Shown in pieces: positions 9,683-19,262 of a stretch of 64,000 nucleotides of DNA. The stretch lies in NCBI GenBank assembly GCA_964621755.1, contig CAZUPI010000004.1, positions 10,821-74,820 of the forward strand, given 5' to 3'. How positions within the stretch are numbered: position 1 is the stretch's first letter; every line of letters starts with the position of its first letter. The DNA is from an uncultured Ruminococcus sp. Its GTDB lineage: Bacteria > Bacillota > Clostridia > Oscillospirales > CAG-272. The notes below the pieces were generated by a model. The model saw nothing but the letters and a program-made list of their open reading frames with translations. It searched no databases and was not told where the DNA came from. The position numbers and the translations under genes were made by a program.

Positions 9683-10228
9683 ATGGAACTTTGGGATATT
9701 TACGACATTGACCGTGTGAAGACCGGCCGCACCATGGTGCGCGGGGAAACTTATCCGCCGGACGCGTACCATTTGGTGATACATATCTGCCTTTTTCGTT
9801 CAGATGGAAAGATGCTGGTCCAGCACAGACAGCCGTTCAAGTCCGGATGGTCCAATATGTGGGACGTGACGGTCGGCGGATCGGCGGTTGCAGGAGACAA
9901 CAGCCAGACGGCGGCAGAACGTGAGCTTGCGGAGGAAATCGGATACCATTTTGACTTTGCAGAAAAAGGCGTGCGTCCCGCGCTGTCAGTCAATTTCGAC
10001 CATGGTTTCGACGACATTTATATTATCAAGGAGGATGATGTGGACCTGTCAAAGCTGCACCTGCAATATGAGGAAGTCAAAGAGGTAAAATGGGCGAACA
10101 AGGAAGAAATCTTCGCCATGATTGACGCGGGCGAGTTTATCCCGTATCACCGCTCGTTTATCGAGCTGCTGTTCTACCTGAAAGACTGTGCAAGCAGCAC
10201 AGTGGTAACGGATTTTACAAAAGCATAA
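9683..10228 (+). CDS. NUDIX hydrolase
   Basis: GGGAGG RBS. Nudix box GGSAVAGDNSQTAAERELAEEIG matches GX5EX7REUXEEXGU. Confidence 0.85.
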   Translation: MELWDIYDIDRVKTGRTMVRGETYPPDAYHLVIHICLFRSDGKMLVQHRQPFKSGWSNMWDVTVGGSAVAGDNSQTAAERELAEEIGYHFDFAEKGVRPALSVNFDHGFDDIYIIKEDDVDLSKLHLQYEEVKEVKWANKEEIFAMIDAGEFIPYHRSFIELLFYLKDCASSTVVTDFTKA

Positions 10229-10234
10229 GCGGAC

Positions 10235-10732
10235 TCAATCGCGCTTCTTTTGGTCCATCATTTCGCGCATCAGCGCGCGGCAGCCGTCGGGTACCGCGTC
10301 GCCGAGGTCGCAGCCGTATTTCAAAAGGTCGCGGACGTAGGTCGAGCTGATGGCGGCGCATTCGGGCGCTGTGGGGAGAATTATCGTCTCGACTTCTGGA
10401 GCGAAGCGCTTCATGATAAGGGCGATGTTGTATTCGTAGTCAAAGTCAGACGCCGAGCGCGCCCCGCGGACGATGACCTTCGCCCCAACGAAAGCCGCAG
10501 CATCGCGGGTCAGACCGCTGTATACCATAGCATGAACATGAGGCATACCGTCTATCGCCGCCTCAAGAAGCCTCATACGCTCATCCGGAGTGAAAAGCCC
10601 GCTCTTTTTCTCCGTGTTTGCGAGAATCACGACCCAGATTTCGTCGAACATACTTGCACTGCGCTTAATCAAATCGAGATGACCAGATGTAACGGGGTCA
10701 AAACTGCCCGTGATGATTGCCGTTCTGCTCAT
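10235..10732 (-). CDS. coaD: pantetheine-phosphate adenylyltransferase
   Basis: 165 aa. N-terminal AIITGSFDPVTSGHLDLIKRS carries the (T/H)xGH nucleotidyltransferase motif, and length and order (rsmD-coaD) are as in many Firmicutes. Confidence 0.9.
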   Translation of the reverse strand: MSRTAIITGSFDPVTSGHLDLIKRSASMFDEIWVVILANTEKKSGLFTPDERMRLLEAAIDGMPHVHAMVYSGLTRDAAAFVGAKVIVRGARSASDFDYEYNIALIMKRFAPEVETIILPTAPECAAISSTYVRDLLKYGCDLGDAVPDGCRALMREMMDQKKRD

Positions 10733-11355
10733 GATTGTACTGGGGTCAGCAGGGTAATCCTTGTCCTGCCGTAAAGGGTGGATTTCAAAATCTCGTACTT
10801 CGCGGCGAGCTCCTTTTTCCCACCGAAGACATCGCGGAGCACCAGCTCAGCGGACATATCCTCATCCTTGCGCAGGCGCGTGTATTTCACCGGAATATCG
10901 CAGTCCGTCTCGCAAATGATATATGCGCCGTCCGCATAAAGCCCCGCCTTATGCAGCGCTTCAAGAGATGCAGGCAGAAGTCCGGAATTGTACGGCGGGT
11001 CAAGAAAAACAATATCGTATTTTTCTCGTCCGGCGGCGCCGCGGATGAACGACGAATAGTCGGCCGCGGAAATCCGGCACTTTTCAAAAAGATGGGTCTT
11101 CTTAGCGTTCTCCATGATAATGTCAACAGCGTCGCGCGATTGGTCAATAATCGTTGCACGAGCGGCACCGCGCGACAGAGCCTCAATCGCAAGCTGCCCG
11201 CTTCCGCCGAATAAATCCAGCACCGCGCGCCCTTCAATATCAAACTGTATCATCGAAAACAGCGCTTCCTTTACGCGGTCCGTCGTCGGCCGGGTCGTCT
11301 CGCCTTCAAGAGACGCCAGCTTCGTACCACGCGCACTTCCTGTTATTACTCTCAT
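10729..11355 (-). CDS. rsmD: 16S rRNA (guanine966-N2)-methyltransferase RsmD
   Basis: Starts MRVITGSARGTKL..TRPTTDRVKEALF, then DLFGGSGQLAIEALSRGA and VFLDPPY motifs. It overlaps coaD by 4 nt (ATGA). The start is moved to ATG 11355 because the upstream extension of the ORF track crosses a repeat hairpin. Confidence 0.85.
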   Translation of the reverse strand: MRVITGSARGTKLASLEGETTRPTTDRVKEALFSMIQFDIEGRAVLDLFGGSGQLAIEALSRGAARATIIDQSRDAVDIIMENAKKTHLFEKCRISAADYSSFIRGAAGREKYDIVFLDPPYNSGLLPASLEALHKAGLYADGAYIICETDCDIPVKYTRLRKDEDMSAELVLRDVFGGKKELAAKYEILKSTLYGRTRITLLTPVQS

Positions 11356-11389
11356 AAAAATACCTCTTGGTTGGAATTTTGTTATGTTA

Positions 11390-11502
11390 GGAGGGATTTT
11401 TGAAAAAATCCCTCCCAAAAACCTTTTTCACAAAAAGGGTTGGAGGTCCTCAGAAACCTTTCCTCAAAAGGTCCCTGAGCGGGGGAGAGACCCGCGGGTC
11501 TC
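11390..11502. repeat. cluster of palindromic intergenic hairpins (family member R1 plus neighbours)
   Basis: GGAGGGATTTTT-GA-AAAAATCCCTCC at 11390-11415. AACCTTTTTCACAAAAAGGGTT at 11420-11441. CTCAG..CTGAG imperfect hairpin around 11450-11479. Perfect 16-nt palindrome GAGACCCGCGGGTCTC at 11487-11502. All lie between the uvrC stop and the rsmD start. Confidence 0.7.
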
Positions 11503-11525
11503 GGGGCAGCGCCCATCCCCCTATA

Positions 11526-13409
11526 TCAAATATTTCCTTCATGAAAATGCCGATACACCGCTTCGGCATCTTTTTGCGAGATGCCTTTTACTTCGGCGAG
11601 GGATTCGGGAGAAGCGGTTTTGAGGGCGGCGAAGGATTTAAAATGGCTGGTGAGGGCTTTGGCCTTGGCGGGACCGATACCCGGGATTTTTTCGAGGGAG
11701 GAGGTCCTCATTGTTTTGCGTTTGGCGTTTGTCATATGGCCAATCGTGTAGCGGTGGACTTCCTCTTGAATTCCGTAAATCAGGCGGAAGACGTCCGCTT
11801 GACGGGCGATGTTTACTTCGCCGGCGTCGTCGGTCAGGGTGCGGGTTTTGTGGTGCTCGTCCTTTACCATGCCGAAAACGGGGATTTCAAATCCCGTCTC
11901 CTGCATCAGCTCGCGTATCACGGATACATGGCCCTTACCGCCGTCCAGAAGTATCAGGTCCGGGCACGCTTCCATGGAGTCCCCCTCCACGCCAATGTGG
12001 GTCAGCCGACGTGAGATTGCCTCCCGCATTGCTGCGTAGTCGTCCTGCGTCACTTTCGATTTGATTCCAAACGTCCGATATTCGCTCTTTTTCATCCGCC
12101 CGTCGATTGCCACGACCATTCCGGCTGTGATGTGCTCGTCGCCGAGGTTCGATATGTCGTATGCCTCGATTCGCTCCGGCACCACTTCAAGTTGAAGAAG
12201 AGACGCCAAAGATACCAGCGTTCGCTCATCATTCTTGTCCCGCTTGGCGGCGTTTTCCGAGTGCTTTTCCGCGTCCGTGACCGTCATGTCGCACAGATAT
12301 TTGGACGCGCCTTTTTTCGGAGTCCGCAGAGTGACACGGTGCTCCGCCCGCTCGGATAAATAATCAGACAAAAGTAGGCGGTCGTGCTCCGGAAGCTCGA
12401 ACGACAGCAGAATCTCCGGCGGAATGAACTCGCGCGACTGGTACAGGGACAGGATGAAGGCGGACAGCGGGGAATCCTCGTCGTCCGCTTCCGATACGCC
12501 CGCAATCTCGTCGCTGCCAAAAAGAAAATGCTCGCTGTCGGCAATGTAGCCGCTGCGGATGTAAAATACTGTTGCGCAGTCGCGGAATTTCACGTTTTCA
12601 CCCTCGAAGGACGTCAGGTGCAGCCCAATGACGTCGCACTCAACGTCGGGCGAGCCAACCGCTTTTTGTCTCTCGCCAAGTTTTCGCATAGCTTCGATGG
12701 CGTCACGGCAGCGCGCGGCCTCTTCAAATTCGAGCTCTTCCGCGGCACGGTTCATCTTCTCGGTCAGCTGTGCAATCACGTCGCGCGTGCCGCCGCGGAG
12801 AATGTCCGACGCACGGTCGATGGCCTCTCGGTAGCGTTCATTTTCCACCCGTCCTGTGCAGACGCCCATGCACCGCCCGATTTGATAGTATACGCACGGA
12901 CGTCCGGCTCCGATGTCCTGGGGAAACCGCTTTTTGCAGGTCGGAATGCCAAGGGTTCGCTCAAGCTGTGCGATGACGCCGTACACGGTCTGCGTTGAGG
13001 AGTACGGCCCGAAGTAGAGAGAACCGTCGGGAATGCGCTTGCGGGACATGGAGATTCTCGGCCACTGCGACTTTACGTCAATGCGGATGTACGGATAGGA
13101 TTTCGCGTCCTTAAGACGGATGTTGTATTTCGGGTTGTACTGCTTGATAAGGGAGTTCTCAAGGGCCAGCGCTTCCATCTCCGTGGTGCAGGTGATGAAG
13201 CGGAAATCGTGCACGGACGCCGCCATCTTTGTGGTTTTTGTGTCGTGTGCGCCGTGGAAATACTGCGATACGCGGTCTCGGAGCGAACGTGACTTTCCAA
13301 CGTAAATGACGTGCCCCGCCTCGTTCTGCATGATGTACACCCCAGGAACCCGCGGAAGCGCAGCCGACTTTTCCCGTAAATATTCGATGTTCTTTGATAA
13401 TTCTGGCAT
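11526..13409 (-). CDS. uvrC: excinuclease ABC subunit C
   Basis: 627 aa. It has the GIY-YIG N-terminus (PGVYIMQNEAGHVIYVGKS..L..R), a UVR domain, an endonuclease V-like region and a C-terminal (HhH)2 (LEKIPGIGPAKAKAL). Confidence 0.95.
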   Translation of the reverse strand: MPELSKNIEYLREKSAALPRVPGVYIMQNEAGHVIYVGKSRSLRDRVSQYFHGAHDTKTTKMAASVHDFRFITCTTEMEALALENSLIKQYNPKYNIRLKDAKSYPYIRIDVKSQWPRISMSRKRIPDGSLYFGPYSSTQTVYGVIAQLERTLGIPTCKKRFPQDIGAGRPCVYYQIGRCMGVCTGRVENERYREAIDRASDILRGGTRDVIAQLTEKMNRAAEELEFEEAARCRDAIEAMRKLGERQKAVGSPDVECDVIGLHLTSFEGENVKFRDCATVFYIRSGYIADSEHFLFGSDEIAGVSEADDEDSPLSAFILSLYQSREFIPPEILLSFELPEHDRLLLSDYLSERAEHRVTLRTPKKGASKYLCDMTVTDAEKHSENAAKRDKNDERTLVSLASLLQLEVVPERIEAYDISNLGDEHITAGMVVAIDGRMKKSEYRTFGIKSKVTQDDYAAMREAISRRLTHIGVEGDSMEACPDLILLDGGKGHVSVIRELMQETGFEIPVFGMVKDEHHKTRTLTDDAGEVNIARQADVFRLIYGIQEEVHRYTIGHMTNAKRKTMRTSSLEKIPGIGPAKAKALTSHFKSFAALKTASPESLAEVKGISQKDAEAVYRHFHEGNI

Positions 13410-13541
13410 AATAAAGTAAAGTTTTTGAAAAGAGTGGAATTCGGTTCTGGGTGATGAAACTCACGCACATAACAAATTGAGCGAGGGTGTATGATCCACC
13501 ATCGCTCAGGGTTAGTATAGTTTTACTGGAAATAGGCAGAA

Positions 13542-13805
13542 TTATTCAGTGAAGCCGGTGTCAATGAGGGCTGCGAGACCTTCAAGCGCTTCGGATTCAT
13601 CGTTCCCGTCAGCAATGAGGGTGATGGTCATGCCCTTGACAATACCGAGGGAAAGTACGCCGAGAAGGCTCTTTGCGTTTATTCTGCGGTCATCCTTTTC
13701 AACCCAAATCGAGCTCTTATAAGAATTTGCCTTCTGGATGAAGAATGTAGCCGGTCTTGCGTGCAGACCTACATTATTCTTTATTGTTACATCGCGTGAA
13801 ATCAT
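13542..13805 (-). CDS. ptsH: HPr family phosphocarrier protein
   Basis: GGGAG RBS lies 9 nt before ATG 13805 (the ORF-track start 13820 is a TTG inside the RBS). His15 motif GLHARPA and Ser46 region INAKSLLGVLSLG are present. No other PTS gene is in the window. Confidence 0.85.
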   Translation of the reverse strand: MISRDVTIKNNVGLHARPATFFIQKANSYKSSIWVEKDDRRINAKSLLGVLSLGIVKGMTITLIADGNDESEALEGLAALIDTGFTE

Positions 13806-14086
13806 ATTATTATCTCCCAAATTTTTATATAATTAATTTAATCAGGTAATATGAGGCAAATCCCCACGTCGCGGATGCATATTCATGCTTCTCAATCGTC
13901 ATGGAAGCCATTTTACGAAACAGAAAAATAGCTACACCTCTGAATCTACTTATATTATAACAAATTCTTACGTTTAAATCAATAGTTTTGGATTATTTTT
14001 TAATCGGCATTATCCACAACTTGGTGACAAAAATTGAGCCGATTTTTGAGAAAAATTTTCCTGTGTAAAATTTCTGCGCAGTTTCC

Positions 14087-17000
14087 TCAGTCTTTTTTCA
14101 CGGAGATTGTTACTTTTTCGCCGTTTACGTCCCATTCCTTGGTATATCCCTCGATGGGTTCGAAGGTCAGCGTATCGCAGAGAACGGTCCCTTTCAGCTC
14201 GTCAGAATCGGCACGGAGGATTTCCTCAACCTTTGCGCTGCCGGTCACTGATACGGTGATATGATCGGTTACGACAAAGTCAGCTTCCTTGCGCATGGTC
14301 TGGATTTTGGAGATAACTTCGCGCACGAAGCCTTCACTTATCAGCTCGGGGGTGAGGTTGGTATCAAGGGCGACTGCGACGCCGCCTGCAGCAAGGCTGA
14401 AGTAGCCGGGCTTCTGCTTGACGTCGATGAGAAGGTCGTCACGGGTCAGTTCAACCGGTGTACCGTCGAATTCGAGGCGGAGCATGCCGGTGGATTCGAG
14501 CTCAGACATGGCCTTATTGCCGTCGAATGCTTCATCCTGGAGGGTCGTTCTGATTTTGCCGAGGAGCTTGCCGTACTTCGGTCCGACCGTTTTGAGGTTC
14601 GGCTTGAAGGAGTACGAAGACAGGGCGGACACGTCGGCGGTGAAGCGGACTTCCTTAACGTTCAGCTCGTCGCGGATGACGTCGGAGTAGATTTCGCCGA
14701 GCGCTTTGCCGTTTTCGTCCGCTTTGACGTACATAGCGGACAGCGGCTGACGGTTTTTGATATTCGCACCGTTTCTTGCTGCGCGTCCGAGAACGACGAC
14801 GTCGACGACGGCTTTCATATCGGCTTCGAGCGCCTTGTCAATCATGGATTCGTCCGCGGCGGGATAGGAGCAGAGGTGGACGGATTCCGGCGCATTCTTG
14901 TCGACGGAGCATACGAGGTTGCGGTAGATATCGTCCGCCATGAACGGAATCATCGGAGCGGCCGCTTTTACAATGGTGACGAGCGCGGTGTAAAGGGTCA
15001 TATAAGCGGCGATCTTGTCGTCGGTCATGTCGGTGCCCCAATAGCGTTCGCGGGAGCGGCGGACATACCAGTTCGACAGTTCGTCGACAAATTCGGACAG
15101 CGCCTTCGCGGATTCGGGGATGCGGTAGCCTGCGAGGTGGGCGTCGACGGTCTGGACGGTGGTGTTCAGCACCGAGAGGATATACTTATCCATGACGCTG
15201 AGCTTGCAGTCGGCGAGGGAATATTTGGTCGGGTCAAATGAATCGATATCGGCATAGAGAACGTAGAAGGCGTAGGTATTCCAAAGGGTGCCGAGGAATT
15301 TGCGCTGTCCTTCGGTGACGGCCTTGCCGCTGAATCGGGACGGCAGCCACGGTGCGCTGTTGGTATAGAAATACCATCTGATAGCGTCCGCGCCGTAGGT
15401 GTTCAAGGCATCGAACGGATCAACCGCGTTTCCTTTGGATTTGGACATCTTTTGACCGTTTTCATCCTGCACGTGACCGAGCACGATGACGTTTTTATAC
15501 GGTGCGCAGTCGAACAGGAGGGTGGAGATTGCCATAAGGGAATAGAACCAGCCACGGGTCTGGTCGACCGCCTCGCTGATGAAGTCTGCGGGGAACTGCG
15601 CTTTGAAAAGATCTTCGTTTTCGAAGGGGTAATGGTGCTGTGCGAAGGGCATGGAGCCGGAGTCGAACCAGCAGTCGATGACTTCCGGTACGCGGTGCAT
15701 CTCGCCGCCGCACTTCGGGCACTTTATCGTGACTGCGTCGATATAGGGGCGGTGAAGCTCGATATCGTCGGGGCAGTTATCGGACATTTCCTTCAGCTCC
15801 GCGATGCTTCCGACAGGATGGCGGTGTCCGCAGGAGCATTCCCAAATGTTGAGCGGGGTGCCCCAATAGCGGTTACGGGAGACAGCCCAATCCTGAACGT
15901 TCTCCAGCCAGTCGCCGAAGCGTCCTTTGCCGATGGATTCGGGAATCCAGTTTACGGTATTGTTATTCTTAATAAGGTTGTCGCGGACCTTGGTCATTTC
16001 GATGTACCACGATTCGCGTGCGTAGTAGATCAGAGGAGTGTCGCATCTCCAGCAGTGGGGATATTCATGCTCAAACTTCGGCGCGTCGAACAGTTTGCCC
16101 TGCGCGCGGAGGTCGTCGAGGATGATCGGGTCGGCTTTCTTGACGAAGATGCCTTCGTACGGGGTATCGGCGGTCAGATTGCCCTTTGCGTCGACGAATT
16201 GAACAAACGGGAAGCCGTATTTTTTGCAGACGCGCGCGTCGTCTTCACCGAATGCGGGCGCCATGTGAACGATACCGGTACCGTCGCTCATGGTGACGTA
16301 GTTGTCGCAGGTGACGTAGTGCGCCTTTTTGTTCTGCTTTGCGGCGGCGATTCCGGCGCATTCGAACAGCGGCTCATATTCGCGGTATTCGAGGTCGCGG
16401 CCCGTATATTCCTCGACAATAGTATATGCGGGGGCGTCATCGGTCTTGAGTTTTCCGAGAACGGCGTCGAGAAGGGCTTTTGCCATGTAGTAGGTATAGC
16501 CGTCTGCGGCGTTGACCTTGCAGTAGGTTTCGTCGGGATTGACGCAGAGCGCAAGGTTGGAGGGAAGGGTCCACGGTGTGGTTGTCCACGCGAGGAAGTA
16601 GGCGTCCTCACCTTTTGCTTTGAAGCGGACGACAGCGGAGCGCTCTTTTACGGTTTTATATCCCTGTGCGACCTCCTGAGCGGAGAGGGGGGTACCGCAG
16701 CGCGGGCAGTAGGGAACGATTTTGAATCCCTTATACAGAAGGCCCTTATTCCAGATTTCCTTGAGCGCCCACCATTCGGACTCGATGAAGTTATTGTCAT
16801 AGGTTACATAGGGGTGATCCATATCGGCCCAGAAGCCGACGGCGCCGGAGAAATCCTCCCACATCCCCTTGTATTTCCAGACGGATTTTTTGCACTCGTT
16901 GATGAACGGTTCGAGACCGTACTGTTCGATTTGGTCCTTGCCATCGAGGCCGAGCTTTTTCTCGACTTCGATTTCGACGGGGAGACCGTGGGTATCCCAG

Positions 17001-17251
17001 CCGGCTTTACGCGGAACGTCGCAGCCCTTCATCCAGTGGTAGCGCGGAATCATATCTTTAATGACACGGGTGAGAACGTGACCGATATGCGGCTTACCGT
17101 TTGCGGTCGGGGGGCCGTCGTAGAAGGTGTAACCCGGCCGTCCTTCGCTTAGCTCGAGCTGTTTTTCGAAGATTTTGTTCTCGTTCCAGAACTTCAATAC
17201 TTCGCGTTCGCGCTCAACAAAATTTAAGTTAGTTTGAACTTTATTGTACAT
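14087..17251 (-). CDS. ileS: isoleucine--tRNA ligase (type 2)
   Basis: 1054 aa. HIGH motif PTANGKPHIGHVLTR, KMSKS motif KMSKSKGN, and a zinc-type CPKCGGEM insertion. It is preceded by an Ile T-box leader. Confidence 0.97.
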   Translation of the reverse strand: MYNKVQTNLNFVEREREVLKFWNENKIFEKQLELSEGRPGYTFYDGPPTANGKPHIGHVLTRVIKDMIPRYHWMKGCDVPRKAGWDTHGLPVEIEVEKKLGLDGKDQIEQYGLEPFINECKKSVWKYKGMWEDFSGAVGFWADMDHPYVTYDNNFIESEWWALKEIWNKGLLYKGFKIVPYCPRCGTPLSAQEVAQGYKTVKERSAVVRFKAKGEDAYFLAWTTTPWTLPSNLALCVNPDETYCKVNAADGYTYYMAKALLDAVLGKLKTDDAPAYTIVEEYTGRDLEYREYEPLFECAGIAAAKQNKKAHYVTCDNYVTMSDGTGIVHMAPAFGEDDARVCKKYGFPFVQFVDAKGNLTADTPYEGIFVKKADPIILDDLRAQGKLFDAPKFEHEYPHCWRCDTPLIYYARESWYIEMTKVRDNLIKNNNTVNWIPESIGKGRFGDWLENVQDWAVSRNRYWGTPLNIWECSCGHRHPVGSIAELKEMSDNCPDDIELHRPYIDAVTIKCPKCGGEMHRVPEVIDCWFDSGSMPFAQHHYPFENEDLFKAQFPADFISEAVDQTRGWFYSLMAISTLLFDCAPYKNVIVLGHVQDENGQKMSKSKGNAVDPFDALNTYGADAIRWYFYTNSAPWLPSRFSGKAVTEGQRKFLGTLWNTYAFYVLYADIDSFDPTKYSLADCKLSVMDKYILSVLNTTVQTVDAHLAGYRIPESAKALSEFVDELSNWYVRRSRERYWGTDMTDDKIAAYMTLYTALVTIVKAAAPMIPFMADDIYRNLVCSVDKNAPESVHLCSYPAADESMIDKALEADMKAVVDVVVLGRAARNGANIKNRQPLSAMYVKADENGKALGEIYSDVIRDELNVKEVRFTADVSALSSYSFKPNLKTVGPKYGKLLGKIRTTLQDEAFDGNKAMSELESTGMLRLEFDGTPVELTRDDLLIDVKQKPGYFSLAAGGVAVALDTNLTPELISEGFVREVISKIQTMRKEADFVVTDHITVSVTGSAKVEEILRADSDELKGTVLCDTLTFEPIEGYTKEWDVNGEKVTISVKKD

Positions 17252-17262
17252 AAAAAATTTGT

Positions 17263-17289
17263 TTTTCGGGGAAATGATTTTCCCGAAAA
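17263..17289. repeat. palindromic hairpin (family member R2) between the T-box terminator and the ileS start
   Basis: TTTCGGGGAAA-TGA-TTTTCCCGAAA, an imperfect palindrome. The flanking CCCCTTTCCAAAAA half-site resembles the family core. Confidence 0.5.
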
Positions 17290-17320
17290 CCCCTTTCCAA
17301 AAACATTATGCAGCGTAAAA

Positions 17321-17547
17321 CAAAAAATCCCGGACTTTGTCCGGGACAGAAAAATTCTGCTATACCACTCGCACACATGATACGTCTCCGCAATAACGGT
17401 CGGAATCCGGTATCGGCTACTTCCGGCGTCTGCCGATTTCACCATACGGCTCGGGAATGATTTTCCGCGGGGCATCGTACCGGCTCTCACCAAATCCGGC
17501 TCTCTTGGACTAAAACCTTACGCGTACTCTTTTCCGTCTTTGCCTTT
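17321..17547 (-). promoter_or_regulatory. T-box riboswitch leader, isoleucine-specific (controls ileS)
   Basis: Read on the minus strand: Stem I distal elements AGAGAG..TTTGGTGAGAG. A putative specifier GGAAA-ATC-A (ATC = complement of 17459-17461). T-box-like GCGAGTGGTATAGCAG (17357-17372 region). Terminator GTCCCGGACAAAGTCCGGGATTTTTTG (17348-17321). Confidence 0.75.
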
Positions 17548-17554
17548 GGACTAT

Positions 17555-17583
17555 ATTATATAATATATTGTGCGGTTTGTCAA
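17555..17583 (-). promoter_or_regulatory. sigma-A type promoter for the T-box/ileS transcript
   Basis: Minus strand reads TTGACA (17583-17578), a 17-nt spacer, then TATAAT (17560-17555). Confidence 0.6.
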
Positions 17584-17629
17584 GTGAAAATATTTAAAAA
17601 CCTCGAATCTTTGGACACAGGCGGGAAAG

Positions 17630-17965
17630 TCAGTCCACCACATAGACCGCAAAAGGAGTATTTATCTGTGCAGGATCGGTTTCCATGATCTCTCCGTCAA
17701 AGACGACGCGGATTTCGTCCCCGACCGTTACCTCCGGGAAACCGTCGGCAGCTATCGTTTCGCGGCTGATGAATACCTGACCTCCTACCGACATGCCGGA
17801 TTGACCTTTGTCGGTGCATTCCGCAAGGATGCTGCTGTCGCAAACTTCGAGAACCTTTGCGTTGAAGTAGTCCTGTCCGTTTTCGTCGACCTCGTCTTTT
17901 GCGCAGCAGACGAGAAGCAGCGCAATGACAATCAGTGTGAGCATTAAAGTGAAGATTCTTTTCAT
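17630..17965 (-). CDS. small lipoprotein of unknown function
   Basis: AAGGAGAT RBS before ATG 17965. The signal/lipobox reads MKRIFTLMLTLIVIALLLVCCAKDE. The mature part is about 90 aa and beta-rich. The upstream part of the ORF-track ORF is rejected. Confidence 0.65.
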   Translation of the reverse strand: MKRIFTLMLTLIVIALLLVCCAKDEVDENGQDYFNAKVLEVCDSSILAECTDKGQSGMSVGGQVFISRETIAADGFPEVTVGDEIRVVFDGEIMETDPAQINTPFAVYVVD

Positions 17966-18057
17966 ATGAGATCTCCTTCCGAAAATTATGTTATTTAATA
18001 GACGTTTCCCGTATAGCAAAAGTTCCCCCGCAATAAAATAAATTTTCACCTGATTTA

Positions 18058-18086
18058 TTGACATATCACGGGGAAACTGCTATACT
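18058..18086 (+). promoter_or_regulatory. sigma-A type promoter with extended -10 (TTGACA-17-TGC-TATACT)
   Basis: TTGACA at 18058-18063, a 17-nt spacer ending in TGC, and TATACT at 18081-18086. This gives a leader of about 170 nt before the 18265 start. Confidence 0.5.
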
Positions 18087-18264
18087 TAAAACACATTTAA
18101 AAAGTTTTAGAAAAACGGATCAACCCCGTGACCGAGCGTCCAAATGCCAGCCACCCACAAAGATCCAAGTTCTTTGCGCGGCTTTCTTTCAGGAAAGCGC
18201 GTTCCCTTTTCCATACAATTTGTAAAAACAAAATTCCTATATAACACCAAGGGAGGAAACCAAA

Positions 18265-19248
18265 ATGTTAAAAGTAGCAATGCTCTCGAAGTGGCATGTT
18301 CATGCCGGCGGTTACGCCAACTTCATCAAAAATTGCGGAAAGTGCGAAATTGTAGCCGTATGGGACGATAATACCGCACGCGGCGAGAGCTGGGCGAAGG
18401 AGCTCGGATGCGAATTCATCCCCTGCCTCGATACGCTCCTCGCGAGAGACGATATCCAAGCGGTTATCTGCGACGCACCGACGACAGCGCATCACGATAT
18501 CCTCGTGAAGGCCGCAAGGGCGGGAAAGCACATCTTCACCGAAAAGGCGCTCTGCCCGACAGTTGCCGAATGTCTCGACGTGAAGAAGGCCATTGAGGAA
18601 GCCGGCGTCACCTTCGTTATCAGCTATCCGCAGAGAGGCAGACCGTGCGTACAGTTCGCAAAGCGCATGATAGATGAGGGCGCGTTTGGAGATGTGACCC
18701 TCGTTCGTACCCGTGACGCGCACTCCGGCGTATCCGGAAACTGGCTCCCGGATTATTGGTTCGAAAAGAAGGACGCTGCCGGCGGTGCGATGATGGACCT
18801 CGGCTGCCATCCGATGTATCTGCTCGCTTACTTCCTCGGCAAGCCGAGGAGAGTGACCGGTATGTTCACCTCGCCTTACGGTAAGCCGGTTGACGAGAAC
18901 GCGGTTGCGATCGCAGAGTTCGCGGGCGGCGCGCTCGGCGTAGCAGAAACTGGATTCGACTCTCACAACTCGCCGCAGACCATCGAAATCTACGGCACAA
19001 AAGGCTCGATGATTGCGCACGGGGAGGATGTGCAGTTCTCCAGCCAGAAGCTCGGCGGCATCGTCGGCGGATTCATCAGGCCTGACCTCCCGCACCCGAA
19101 AAAGTCTCCGCTGGAGCAGTTTGTTGATGCGGTTTCCGAAGGCAAAGGCTCACCGGAAGGGCTCGGCATAGACGACGCAATCGCCCTCACAGAGCTTCTC
19201 GAAAACGCTTACAAGGGCGACGAGAGCAATACGATTGTGAAAATATAA
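18265..19248 (+). CDS. Gfo/Idh/MocA family oxidoreductase
   Basis: GGGAGG RBS. 327 aa. The N-terminal NAD-binding fold (MLKVAMLSKWHVHAGGYA) and the EKA...-containing region (HIFTEKALCP) are typical of this family. Confidence 0.8.
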   Translation: MLKVAMLSKWHVHAGGYANFIKNCGKCEIVAVWDDNTARGESWAKELGCEFIPCLDTLLARDDIQAVICDAPTTAHHDILVKAARAGKHIFTEKALCPTVAECLDVKKAIEEAGVTFVISYPQRGRPCVQFAKRMIDEGAFGDVTLVRTRDAHSGVSGNWLPDYWFEKKDAAGGAMMDLGCHPMYLLAYFLGKPRRVTGMFTSPYGKPVDENAVAIAEFAGGALGVAETGFDSHNSPQTIEIYGTKGSMIAHGEDVQFSSQKLGGIVGGFIRPDLPHPKKSPLEQFVDAVSEGKGSPEGLGIDDAIALTELLENAYKGDESNTIVKI

Positions 19249-19262
19249 ATGGGGACGCGAAT

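Noticed and set aside
12384-12998. 204-aa plus-strand ORF and neighbours inside uvrC
   Set aside because: They are antisense shadows of uvrC.
14261-17152. 326-aa and 566-aa ORFs on the plus strand (14261..15241, 15452..17152)
   Set aside because: They are antisense to ileS, which has unambiguous HIGH/KMSKS motifs and a T-box leader. The translations are low-complexity (G/V/D/A-rich) shadow frames.
18268-19095. 275-aa minus-strand ORF
   Set aside because: It is antisense to the Gfo/Idh/MocA oxidoreductase, which has an RBS and family motifs.
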